Shown here: piece after piece, positions 12,880 through 27,682 of the stretch
Position numbering within the stretch: position 1 is the stretch's first letter
Layout of the letters: each line of letters starts with the position of its first letter
Source of the DNA: Eledone cirrhosa
Taxonomy: Eukaryota
Length of the DNA: 64,000 nt
Assembly: GCA_964016885.1 (NCBI GenBank)
Contig: OZ024747.1
Span: forward strand, 15,252,001-15,316,000
Direction of reading: 5' to 3'
Position numbers and translations under genes: made by a program
Notes under the pieces: model-generated
What the model was told of the DNA's origin: nothing
What the model saw: only the letters and a program-made list of their open reading frames with translations
Databases searched by the model: none

Positions 12880-13047
12880 AATATTTAATATAGAAAATAC
12901 TTCTACAGGATTAGAACTGTTTCATTCGGGAGAAATCATCAGTTCAAGTCTTGTAGAAGCCTTTTCTATATTAAATATTAAATAAGTATATTCTGCATTG
13001 TATTGAGTACCTTACTTACTGTAGTTACCTCCGATTGAACAAGGGAT
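12880..13047 (+). mobile_element. PLE family D mini fold-back element
   Basis: Inverted arm carrying the hammerhead core (tcatcag on plus) joined to a forward arm + tail (tattgagtac). Homologous to 39273-39510. Confidence 0.75.
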
Positions 13048-13052
13048 ATACT

Positions 13053-13106
<54 letters not shown>

Positions 13107-13108
<2 letters not shown>

Positions 13109-13734
13109 AGAGTATTGAAGTTTGCTTGACGCATTGTTGAATAATAGGGAAATATTTTTAAGTCGTTTGGAAGCCTCGACAATGCAAATGGGTAAATCTC
13201 CGTGTAACAAGATCCGGTGTTGGAGAGAGAGAGATGTAAGTGGGTGTACGTTGAGATGCGTGGTGTGTATAAGACGTGTAGAGGAATGAAGGAAAGAGTA
13301 TAAAGGATAAAATAAAAATAACAACACGAGAGAGAGTTACGTTGGGAGAGATTTAATTGTCCCTATATATTTCGGATTCACATCCATCAACTGGGGGTTT
13401 TTTCCGGGGTGGGGGAAAGGTTGTCTGACGATATTCAAAACAACAAACAGTGGAGGACGCGTTTCGCACCTTTCCGACAGACAACCTTTCCCCCACCCCG
13501 GAAAAAACCCGCAGTTGATTCGAAATATTTAGGGACAATTAAATCTCTCCCAAGGTAACTCTCTCTCGTGTTGTTATTTTTATTTTATCCTTTATACTCT
13601 TTCCTTCATTCCTCTACACGTCTTATACACACCACGCATCTCAACGTACACCAAATTACATCTCTCTCTCTCCACCACCGGATCTTGTTACCCGGAGATT
13701 TACCCATTTGCATTGTAGAGGCTTCCAAACGACT

Positions 13735-13740
<6 letters not shown>
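13107..13740. mobile_element. Fold-back element with ~250-bp arms and a left tail, (TA)n-flanked
   Basis: ~13177-13428 is the inverse of ~13478-13739; extra 13107-13176 on the left arm only. No hammerhead recognised. Confidence 0.8.
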
Positions 13741-13777
<37 letters not shown>

Positions 13778-13778
13778 G

Positions 13779-13940
13779 ACTCCAATTTCAATAAGGGGTA
13801 ACCACAGTTAGTAATGTACTCAATACATTTGTAGAATGTAAACATCAATTTTAATATAGAAATGGCTTCTACAGGACTAGAACTGTTTCATTCAAAAGCA
13901 ATCCTTAGTTCTACTCCTGTAGAAGCCTTTTCTACATTAT
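13779..13940 (-). mobile_element. PLE family D mini fold-back element
   Basis: Tail + arm with decayed core (ctaagga) folded back at the same point as the 12880 copy. Tail matches 12380-12420. Confidence 0.75.
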
Positions 13941-15490
13941 ACATATAAAATTCTTTCTCCAGAGTACTCGCTTGACCATTGGGGCAAGCAGATTCGCTCC
14001 CATTAGGCTGTATTCATCTCTATGATTGATGTCTAGGTGATATACGACCGCCGATCTCATGTCCTTGCTTCCGGAGTACAGACGAGATATTTTCTAGCGT
14101 GTAAATCGTGGAGAGTAACATGGCCGTCTAGGACAAGACGACGACGCTTCAGAAAATTAGAGATCGAGTGTAGGACCCATACAGAGATATCTTTGTTGGA
14201 TGTGCTCTCCAGATGTATGCCATGGCTAGCATTCTGAGGTTTGTATTACCGAGTCTCTCGCGTTGAATAGCGGACAAGATCCATCAATCTGAACCCTAAT
14301 ACAATCTCCATGCCAATTTATTTTTAGAATTCTTCTGTTATACGATAAAGAGCAAAGTTATGGGATGTGGTGGAGCGGCCTCAGTGAAAATCATTTTGAT
14401 GACTGGTTGAACTATGTTAAGAAGATGAGCAGAGAGACTGACCACGTAAGCGGACGGTTGGGAAGCAAACTTGATAATTGCGTAAGGATTTATTTAGTTA
14501 TTTATCATTATTCTTTAATATGCATTTGCACACATACGTTTGTATGAATATGAGTTAATACATGCCACTCATACCACACATACATACCATAGAGTTCATG
14601 TGATAAATTTCAGGACGAAGAGTATTATGTCTTTAGGAGAAAGAGAGTTAAAGAAAGAAAAATAGTGATATGAGAAATGTGAATGTAATGAAAGAAAACA
14701 ATACAAGATGGTATCTTCTTGAAATTTCATGTAGTATTTTATCTGTTTCCAAGAACGCATGAAGACCATAGAAAGTTATTTATTGCATGTAGTAAAGCTA
14801 AAATGAATATAACTAAACTTTAAAAAGCCTAGAACGCTTAAGATTTCAGACTAATGTATCTTTGTTATAAAGTAGCGAACAGATGGGTTATGTGTTATCC
14901 ATTGTCGTATCATATAATACAGTATCACAAATATGTTATCTATAAATTGCAGTATATCATTATATACGATTATACATATATACTATGATGGTGTAAAACA
15001 TGTTTCAAATACACCCCGTAAATTATTATAAATAACTTTAAATGTATATGTTTATATATATATATATAAGTATACTTAATCTTATCGTAAAAAGCCTGAC
15101 ATCTAAGTACATATTTTTTATTATTATCATTATTCGCCAACAGATGATATTCACGGTGCCATTTAAAAAAAAGAGAAAACTCGTTTGTTGCTGGTGTTGT
15201 TGATATTGCAACTTTGTAAACAGTGAACATGTATACACACACTACAGAACAAAATGAAACAAAAAGTAAAAAAAATAACAACACACTACAGAACAACATG
15301 AAACAAAAAGTAAAAAAATAAAGAAATAATAATAATAATAATGATAATAATAATAATAATATTGTTAATAGACAGAATGATATCGTGCAGTAATTTCACA
15401 TGGCAAACAATTTGATATTGAATACTGCTGGACAACTATCACGCACTGTATGTTACTTAACTGACATCAGATAAAAGAAGATACATACAT

Positions 15491-15580
<90 letters not shown>

Positions 15581-15650
15581 AAGCGGTATTTTAAGAAAAA
15601 AATGATATAGAATTTGTACGTATATGTATATATATATGTATAATTTGTAT

Positions 15651-15681
<31 letters not shown>

Positions 15682-15697
15682 CGTGAGTGTGTGTGTG

Positions 15698-15765
<68 letters not shown>

Positions 15766-16329
15766 GAGAGCGACAAATGTGTGTGTGTGTAGCTTTATGC
15801 ATCTCGACTTGGAAATGTTTTCGAATTTTTACAAAAAAGTACTGAGAATGAAATTAGTTAAGAATTAGAAGGGAAAAAAAGCAAGAAAAAATGAATGTAT
15901 GGACTATTGCTTGCTTCAGTTTAGTGTTCAGTTATTTTGCCAAACCGTTTTTATCTGCCTCTTTATGAATAGTCATCATTGATTGATTGCTATTTACAGG
16001 AAAAAAGCGGAAGCTTAAAAATCTTCTTAAAACACGATGCTCCATATATATACATAAAAATACATACATACATGAGAGGACATTTTTTTTATTACATATC
16101 TACTCAGATTTACGCTTACTCAAAACTACATTTAATGACCATAAGAAAATATTTTGTTGAGTTAAGCGGTTCATTGGGAAAGGTACTTGAGGTGGTCAAA
16201 TATATGCTATCCAAGATTATTGTTAATGGAAGGTTGGGTACTATGCTTTAATTAAAATCATCCAGCTAATGACCAGCTACTTGTTAGGGCGAGCAACATC
16301 AGTAGATGCTAGAGGAATTGTTTCCAACG

Positions 16330-16520
16330 ATAACAACTAGATAATATCTCTCATGTTGAAATAAGTAATATTACTAGCGGATTTAGAATCTGAAAATTTT
16401 CAGTAAAGCACATCTTCATTTAAAGGAAGAATTGACTTTATCATCAAATCCCATGTAATTGTATAGTTGAAATCTTAATTCAAATCCACAAGCGATGATA
16501 TGAGTATCACTTTCAGATAT
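16330..16520 (-). pseudogene. Highly decayed PLE (Naiad-like) endonuclease C-terminus
   Basis: Fragments NYTITWD, CFTENFQIL and FNMRD align by eye with NITYDLTW, CSEETLQML and LNKKD of the 55-kb ORF; multiple frameshifts. Confidence 0.35.
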
Positions 16521-18118
16521 TTCCATTGTTACTTTACAGTCTTTCAACATTTGCATGTTAATTGGTAGAGTTAAAGTCTTATTAGGCGTGGTATGTTGGC
16601 CTGCTTCTTTATTGATTATGAAGTTTGCTTCCGAATCGTGAAATCCTGGATTCTAGGATAAGTATCCAATGGGTATAAGACATAAAATAACATACGACAT
16701 GTGAGTAATATTCTGTAGGAGTAGACTGGGTAGAAGCACATAAACGTTTACTGTACCTGCAATTCATTAGACAAGCTTAGTCAGATACACGGTCGAGATG
16801 ATTTTATTAATAGTAGCACCTGTGTTGGATATTCAAATTCTTACATGCTTATACAACAAGTAACTAGTTCCGTTGGTCGAACAACAAATAGAAAACTTGT
16901 CGTCGACAAAAAAGAGGTACAAAAAGTCTTATTATTTTCACGCTTTACATTTATATATACATACGCATAGATATTGTTAGATATAAAGGGGTCAATTATT
17001 TCCATAGCCTTTGTTGACAAGAGCACGTAATTTTCATTATTAGAAACTGTATTTATTCCCTCTTATCACGAAACTTCGAGTATGATCAGTGATGATATAC
17101 GTACGTGCTACGTCTTATCATGGAGAATATGTGCCTTTGGCAACAAAGACTATGAAACAGATAATTCCTTAAACTTCTATGCTAACATATCGAGGGCTCA
17201 TTCTTCCGTAATCCAACTAAAGTAAATATATTTATACATATATATATATTTACGTGTATATGTGTATGTGTGTGGGTATTTACACAGAGTGACGTAAATT
17301 GAAGACAATAAAGAGAATAATGTCACTAATAACAATTACAATAATATTAATGAAAATGATAATAATGATAGCAATAATGATGATGATAATGATAATGAAA
17401 AAAATTACTTTTATAAAACACACTTGTATAGAAGGAAATAAATAAAGAGTTAAGTAGAAAACTATTTTTAATGCCGGTACTCCATGGCAGAAAAAAACGA
17501 GAATGAATAAATAAATAAACAAATAAATAAAAATACATAAAGAAGAAAAATAACACAAAAAAAAAAAAGATTTCGAGTACATAGAAGTATATGGAAGTTC
17601 TTTGAAAATTAAAGAAGACGATAAACCAAATATAGTTGTAAATATCAAGATTCTAAGATGGAACGAATGATTGCGACCGAAGTGATATGAGGATTTTAAA
17701 AATGTGTTGCGTATGTTTTTAGATATAAATTTGTTGATTTTTTTTCATTTGTTTATGTTTTTGTTTATTTTAAGTTTATGCTGTGTATTTGTGTTGGATT
17801 TTCAATTTTGCTATTATATTGTTATTGTTGTTGTTATTGTTCAATGTGGTTTTATTTTTATGTATTTGAAGGTGTTTAATGAGCAAATATGTATTGCGCT
17901 TGAACACCAAGAAAGTCATTATGCTCAGACACTCTCCAAAAATGTTAATAGACATGTATTAAGTGGCAAAAGACATCGATAGGAAGAAGAAAGTTTCTCG
18001 TACGGACAAATGTATAGATGTTGTTCACACCTACTCACAAACATACAGGAACACACAATCTGTCTCTCTCTCACACACATATACATATACGCATATATAT
18101 ATGTATATATACACACAT

Positions 18119-18360
<242 letters not shown>

Positions 18361-18366
18361 TATATA

Positions 18367-18459
<93 letters not shown>

Positions 18460-18791
18460 GTATGAATGTATGTATGTATTACCAGTGACACTTATAATTA
18501 ACCCTAACCTGTCGATTGCGTTCTATATGCAAACAACCATCTCCGATCGATGTTTCATTACGCTCATGCGCAAAGACCATGTAGACTATACTCTATTCTC
18601 GTCTCAATATCAAGTGAGTAATGTTATCGATGCCGGCAAAAAATAATTGATAAACAGGTGTCTGGCATTCTTACCGCTACTGAGATTGATGTGACATGAT
18701 ATTCAGCTTCTAAACATTCATAGCGAGACTCTCGTATGACTTTTATGCATGAATATATTGAATATGCTTTCATATGCATATCTACTATATT

Positions 18792-18851
<60 letters not shown>

Positions 18852-18928
18852 TTATTTATTTATATAGAAGACACACACGCGCACATGCACACACAAACAC
18901 ACAGACGCACATACACACACACACATAT

Positions 18929-19001
<73 letters not shown>

Positions 19002-19149
19002 CGTAATAGTAAGCGATTGAGATGGAGAGAGCAATTTAATGAATGCATATGCAATTTCTTCTGTATCTAAGAGCGTGTGTTTAAGGAGGGGTTAGTATTT
19101 TAAATTATAGGGGAGAGGCAGGGATGATTGGGAATAAGTTGTAAAACGA

Positions 19150-19277
19150 GATAGACAGACAGATAGATAGATAAATAGATAGATAGATAGTGAGAGAGAG
19201 AGATAAATGGATAGATAGATAGATAGATAGACAGATAGATAGATATATAGAAATATAGATAGATAGAGAGATAGAAA

Positions 19278-19314
<37 letters not shown>

Positions 19315-19342
19315 ATAGATGGATATATAGATAGATAGAAAT

Positions 19343-19380
<38 letters not shown>

Positions 19381-19381
19381 G

Positions 19382-19457
<76 letters not shown>

Positions 19458-19490
19458 TAGATAGATAGATAGATAGATAGAGAGTGAGAG
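19150..19490. repeat. Compound (AGAT)n/(AG)n/(TA)n microsatellite
   Basis: Direct inspection. Confidence 0.95.
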
Positions 19491-20156
19491 CAAAAGACAG
19501 AGAGAGAAAGGGAAAGAGAGAGAGAGAAAGAAAATGAGAGAAATTGTTTCTATGTAAAGGAGAAGACAATGAGTAAAAGAGAAGATGCAATGGTGACATT
19601 GTTAGGTGGGTGAGAATGACGTTGGGTGAATGTAAAATCATTGACTTTCAAAAATAACAAACTCAATAAAATAGAAATCTTCATTTGTAGATAAAAATAT
19701 AACAACGTCCGAAAGAAGGAAATATAGAAAGAAATATAGAAAGTAAGTAAATATGAGAAAAGGGGGATACTTCACGTACATAATATCAAGTAAAGTGACA
19801 GAAGATACGTGGAGAGGAAGGTGGAGGTAGTGACGGGGTTGAAAATATAAAGAAACACACAAACATACACTAACATGCACACGCACAAATTATATCAGCA
19901 GGTCTCATACACTCACATAAACTTTCACACATATATACGCACGTTTGAGCTTAACAAGCTGTTTGAAAGCTATTAAATTCAGCTTTGTAAAAAATGAGAA
20001 CATTTTCACACTTAATCATTCACACACAGAGACAACCTAACACAAACGCACGTAACATTCTGTATTAAAACACACACATAGATCGCTCACTCTCTCTCAG
20101 ACTCTCTCCATATATATATATATATATATATATACCTACACACATACATACACACG

Positions 20157-20216
<60 letters not shown>

Positions 20217-20916
20217 TACAAACATATATATATATATATAAATATATATATACGAAGGATTCGGGGCCCAGACAGCTGAGATTCTGATTTATATATATAT
20301 TCACATTCTATATGTTTAAGCCATAGAGTAAATCACTATGCCAGAAATACCAGTCAAATCTGCAACACAGAATTGCCTATTATCGTCAAAGAGTTACATT
20401 GGAGCATGGTAGCAATGTATGCTGTTGTGTCAGTAATAGTACAAAAACTGCCTAAACAGTCACCTGGAGAATTATTTATGAAGATAAGCCTGGTTTATCA
20501 GAATTGTTTAGTGCCTTTCTGACCAATCGGGTCCGTATATTCTTACAGATAAATATACATCTATAAGTGAATTTTGGCAGAACTGTTTGAACGTTGGATA
20601 GAAAGCTTTGCGATATTTTTCCCGGCTCTTCGTGCTATGATTTCGAGTAGTGGGGAAGATTTCCCAATTCCAAACTATGGTTTAGCTTATATTAATTTCC
20701 AACAGTAAGCGGTCGAGAGCACCAGTTTGATAACGACCAAAAGTCAGAAATAAGGACGTCATCATCACTGGTTTCCACTATCAGTTTTCAAATCCAAAGC
20801 TGAAGCCTTTCTATATGATTATTTAGAAACATGCCATATATCACCAGATATACCACATCACGTATTTCATATACAAAGCTATGTTAGAGTTATTACCTTT
20901 ATATAAATATATATAT

Positions 20917-20968
<52 letters not shown>

Positions 20969-20969
20969 G

Positions 20970-21044
<75 letters not shown>

Positions 21045-22248
21045 ACACACATACACACACACACACACACACAATCTTAAGGTATCAAAACATATTTAAT
21101 ATGTATGGAAACCATGTTTCTCTTTTAATAAGCTCAATGGACCTTTGTTCAAAACATCAACAATTCAAACTCAAAAGATATCTTAAGAGACAATGAGAAA
21201 TATTCATATAGCATTTGAGAAACATAGTATTTTGTACACATATTTAATACAAATAATATTCAGGTAAAATGTATATACTAATTGTGGAATAAGTAATATT
21301 CCTGAGAGTACTGTTTCACTGTTCTAAGAGAACGTTAAGCAAGTGGAAATCGATCCAAGTAATCGATTATCGATTACCAATTATCGATTCCGGTAAAAAA
21401 CAACAAAAGACAAGGAGCTAATAAGCAGGGGAATTGTTTTTTAAATATGTCTCGCTCTTTACAATATATATTTAAATATGTTGAGAAGTAAGGGACTGAA
21501 TGAGCTTCAAACCACATGGTGCCGATAAACGTTTAACACCGAGTGCAGATATAAATTGGACTGGTCGACTCATCTGCTAGAAAGAGCAGCAAGATTTCAC
21601 AACAGGTATACAACCCTTAATGTTAAACCATGTGTTAAAACAGTTATTGTTATACCATGCGAGGGTCAATATGGAATATATAAAACAAACTCAAAGAGAA
21701 CTTGAGACACAGAAAGGCGAAAATAATCATTGAGAAATTCATAAAATGTATGGCAAAAGAGCCTTCGCAATTAAACAGCCAGTAACTTTATAAAATAACA
21801 GTGTAAGAGACAAATAATATGTGCGTACGTTTTTATTTGCAACACGACCATACCAAGCAATAATAATAGAGATTATATATTATTTGATATTTCGAAAAAA
21901 TATATATTTCATGTCACCACATAAACTGTTATTTCTATCTCAGCTCAGAATTGTACAAACTATGTAACAATTATTGCTGACAATGTTAACTACTGTTTTG
22001 TTGTTGTTTCTTTATTTTAGTTTCACATTTTTCTTCTTTAGAATACTTACCATTCCTATGTTAACTTAAGTCGGCATGATTATGACGCCTCTTCTACACC
22101 GAAATAAAATATATTGTTACATTTTTATCTCTCAGTTTTATCTTCCATTTGTTTAGTTATCTTTCACGACAACTATTTCATCTTTCTATTTTTTTACCAT
22201 GCCCGAGCAGACTATTAGAATCGTATTAATAAAAATAATAACAATTTT

Positions 22249-22317
<69 letters not shown>

Positions 22318-22505
22318 TGAGGCACACACATACATTGAATATATATAATAAATAAACAACGACTGCAATAACAGCAAGTATAATATGAACAACTACTGCA
22401 AGAAAATGTCAAAATAATATAATACCATTATAACAAACACTACTAGAGAATAGCTAAAATAACATTCATATTATTATTATCATCATCATCAACAATAACG
22501 ATAAT

Positions 22506-22546
<41 letters not shown>

Positions 22547-23138
22547 TAATAATAAAATAATAATGATGTTTTCAAGAAGAAGAAGAAGAAGAGCAACAAC
22601 AACAATAACATTCACAAAAAACAACACTAATCCTCAACATTTCGACAACAATATCCAAAGAAGAAAATTCACAACGTTTCCTACGTAAAATTAATGAAAG
22701 GATAATGAGATTTGGAGAGAGTATTAAAGCGTTGGTTGGACAACTTAGGATATAGTTCAAGTGTTTTAAATTACTTCTCATTAACAGCATGGATAACAAA
22801 TATAGAAAAATATAGTTATATGCATTTTTCTTTTCTTTTTCCCCAATAATTCTTTACGACACTCCAGTTACAGCTTCTTTAAATGACGTTCTATTGAAAT
22901 AAAAATGAAAGAAAATAAATCTCAATGTCTTCTCTTCCTTTTCCTTTCCCTTTTAATATCTGATCTGCCATTCATTTCATAAGAGTATGAATATGCTAGA
23001 GTCTATGTCTTTTCTTTTGCAAATTGTCGTCGACAACCATGGTTGTTAAATGTAATGTTAGCCTGAAAGATGAGGTCAGTCCGTGTGATTTTGATGCAAT
23101 GCATACACACTTAGGCGCGCACACAAACACGCAAATAT

Positions 23139-23168
<30 letters not shown>

Positions 23169-23170
<2 letters not shown>

Positions 23171-23282
23171 GGAAAAGAGTCAGGTCTCCGACGGCTGAGC
23201 TCCGGCCATTTTGAGAGGTAGTTCCGAACTCGGATCTAGCTGTCGAAACGGCCGGAGCCCAGCCGTCTGGGGTCCTGACTCG
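23169..23282 (+). mobile_element. PLE family A2 fold-back fragment
   Basis: Hairpin centred on tccga-ac-tcgga; 3' half-hammerhead gtc-GAAA-cggc..gccg-TC|tggggt. Confidence 0.7.
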
Positions 23283-23761
23283 TCGAAATGGCTTAGTGGA
23301 ATGCAGCGAAAATTTACACAGTTATGCAGAATGACCCGCAGAGGCGTTGGGGCGACCTTTAGGGTACACGCTTCCATGGTTACGGAGAAAATCGATAAAA
23401 CAGGAATTTCCCATTCAAATTGAACTGAGAGTAATCTGTGAACGCAGAAGTCAATATTTCGAGAAAATTTCCAACCGAACGAAAACAGGAAGAAGATATT
23501 TTGGTTCGTGAAGACGTTCCCTGGCACTGAACGGCAAAAAAGGCGAGGATAATACGTCGTTATGTGGAGCGAGAAGAACAATTTCATGCAAAGACAAGAC
23601 CAAGTTTATGGTATAAATGGAGTCGTTAGACTAATATTCTATTTAACATGACATAATGATTTCTAGCCCCGGAGTTTAAGAATGATGTAAATAAAATTGA
23701 AAACGAAAATGACAGAGGTTATTAAAATAGTAAAAGTAAATAGTGAAGATATAGGCCAGTA
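23281..23761 (+). repeat. Unclassified ~480-bp dispersed repeat, copy 2
   Basis: Colinear with 4755-5231. Confidence 0.85.
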
Positions 23762-23849
23762 AATACGTATGCCCCGACGGACATACACATACATACGCAC
23801 ACACAAATACATTACCCCCCCCCCACATACACACACAGAGCGCGCGCGT

Positions 23850-24283
23850 GTATAAACCTCATGCATTTATACAGTATTTTCACCAAACTTAAGACATAGT
23901 TTACTTATGTACTCCGGATGGTCATGGGCACTTTTATTTTTACAGATATTGATTATAGGGCCTCCCGGCAGATAACCCCCTTTAACCACTTCCTTGGAGT
24001 GAACTGAAGAACTGCAGTGCAATGCAACAAAACGTCATAACTTCTGGAGTTCGTAACCGATTTTCACAAAACTTGACACATGGGCTACGTTTGTCCTACA
24101 GATGAATGTTAACTCTCAGAATTGGCACATATTGAGTAGGGGACCCCTGGGGGCAGGAAACCTCTTTTGGAAAAAGCCGATGATTTTGTAAAAGTATAGT
24201 TTTCGAAGTAGCACTGAAGTATTGACATAAATGCTATACCCAACTGGTATTTAATACCCGAGCAACGCCGGGTACCTCTGCTA

Positions 24284-24284
<1 letters not shown>
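23850..24284 (+). mobile_element. Non-autonomous Helitron (3' end clear, 5' end approximate)
   Basis: 3' hairpin acccg-agcaacgc-cgggt, then 7 nt, then CTAG followed by T. Repeated internal attttcac(c/a)aaactt motif. Confidence 0.7.
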
Positions 24285-24334
<50 letters not shown>

Positions 24335-24338
<4 letters not shown>

Positions 24339-25138
24339 GCATATGGCCCTTAAAGCGATGAAATGCCGAGGACGGTTGGGGGGTCACTGATGAAGGACTC
24401 ACTTTTTCATATGTATCCCATTTGCAACGCCGCAGCTCCATTATTATCATATTTACACATATATTTTTTCCATGCTGCCTTCGTCTCTTTCGTTCCTTGT
24501 ATCTTTACCACTTCTAGCAGTCTCCCTCTCTGTTACCCTCTCCTCAACTTTCACTCACTCATTCTCTGTCACTACCTCTCCTCCTCCTCTTTCCTCCTCC
24601 TTCAAGTTTGACCTGTGTGTAATTCTTTTCTCGCGCGGTCTTGACCGAGCTGGTATGGAATTTTTCTCTCTCTCTCTTTCGTCTGCGACTTCACAAAACT
24701 TGCGTTTACCGAATTCGTAGACCAGACCCCTTTATCTTCTTCTTCTTCTTCTTCTTCTTCCTCTTCTCTCCTTTCTCTCTCTCTCTCTTCCCCCCCCCCC
24801 CGTTAAACTTGGGCGAAATTCTTTCCTTGCTCACATTTCAACCAGGTTTGATGGTCTTTCGTCTCTTGTTCACGATTTCACAGAGTTTATATTCATAGAG
24901 ATCTGGGACTTGTCTATTTCTACTCACTTTCCGTTGCTTAAACTTTTTTGTTGTTACTCTAGCGTCCCCCTTTGTTTACGTGTCCCAACGACTTTTTTTA
25001 GCCGTTGTTCGCACCAACCTGAGGCATATGGCCCTTAAAGCGATGAAATGCCGAGGACGGTTGGAGGGTCACTGATGAAGGACTCACTTTTTCATATGTA
25101 TCCCATTTGCAACGCCGCAGCTCCATTATTATCATATT

Positions 25139-25142
<4 letters not shown>
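24335..25142 (-). mobile_element. 808-bp non-coding element with 123-bp direct terminal repeats (TRIM-like LTR element, or direct-pLTR PLE derivative)
   Basis: 24335-24457 and 25020-25142 differ by 1 nt; TG..CA ends; minus-strand TGGTGCGAACAAC 3 nt inside the repeat (PBS-like); no clear PPT; (TA)n on both sides. Confidence 0.65.
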
Positions 25143-25173
<31 letters not shown>

Positions 25174-25225
25174 GTATATATATATATATATATATATACG
25201 TATATATATATATATATATATATAC

Positions 25226-25503
<278 letters not shown>

Positions 25504-25521
25504 GTATATATATATATATAT

Positions 25522-25744
25522 AGCTATCACGCCAAGTCATGCTGACAGCATGACTTGGCAAGCTATTTAGAACACTGGTTTAACCGCTTTACTTCCCTCC
25601 GAAGAAGAGATATTATCTCGAGAATTAAGGATATTTAAATAAATCTAAGGTAAAAGACTAATTGTCAACAATATCTTTTGTATTTGCATTCTTTATTCTA
25701 TGTCCATTCCTGCATTGTTTTGGCTTTATTATACAGATACAAAC

Positions 25745-25750
<6 letters not shown>
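25522..25750 (+). mobile_element. Short (TA)n-flanked element with perfect terminal hairpin and a possible hammerhead relic
   Basis: gccaagtcatgctg-a-cagcatgacttggc; downstream cct-CCGAAGA-a-gagat att atctc-GAGA-atta-agg. Confidence 0.5.
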
Positions 25751-25811
<61 letters not shown>

Positions 25812-25830
25812 CATATATATATATACATAC

Positions 25831-27618
<1,788 letters not shown>

Positions 27619-27682
27619 GTATATATATATATGTATATATATGTATGTATATATATGTATATATATATATGTATATATATAT

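Noticed and set aside
13960-14330. Possible tyrosine-recombinase relic (SL-TIGAS...SR* resembling HSLRIGAA..GRW)
   Set aside because: Needs frameshifts and several substitutions; too weak without a search.
24352-24405. CTGATGA plus upstream ATGAAA as a type II/III hammerhead or SECIS
   Set aside because: Could not close stems II/III; no GAAA downstream and no SECIS apical AA on a proper stem.
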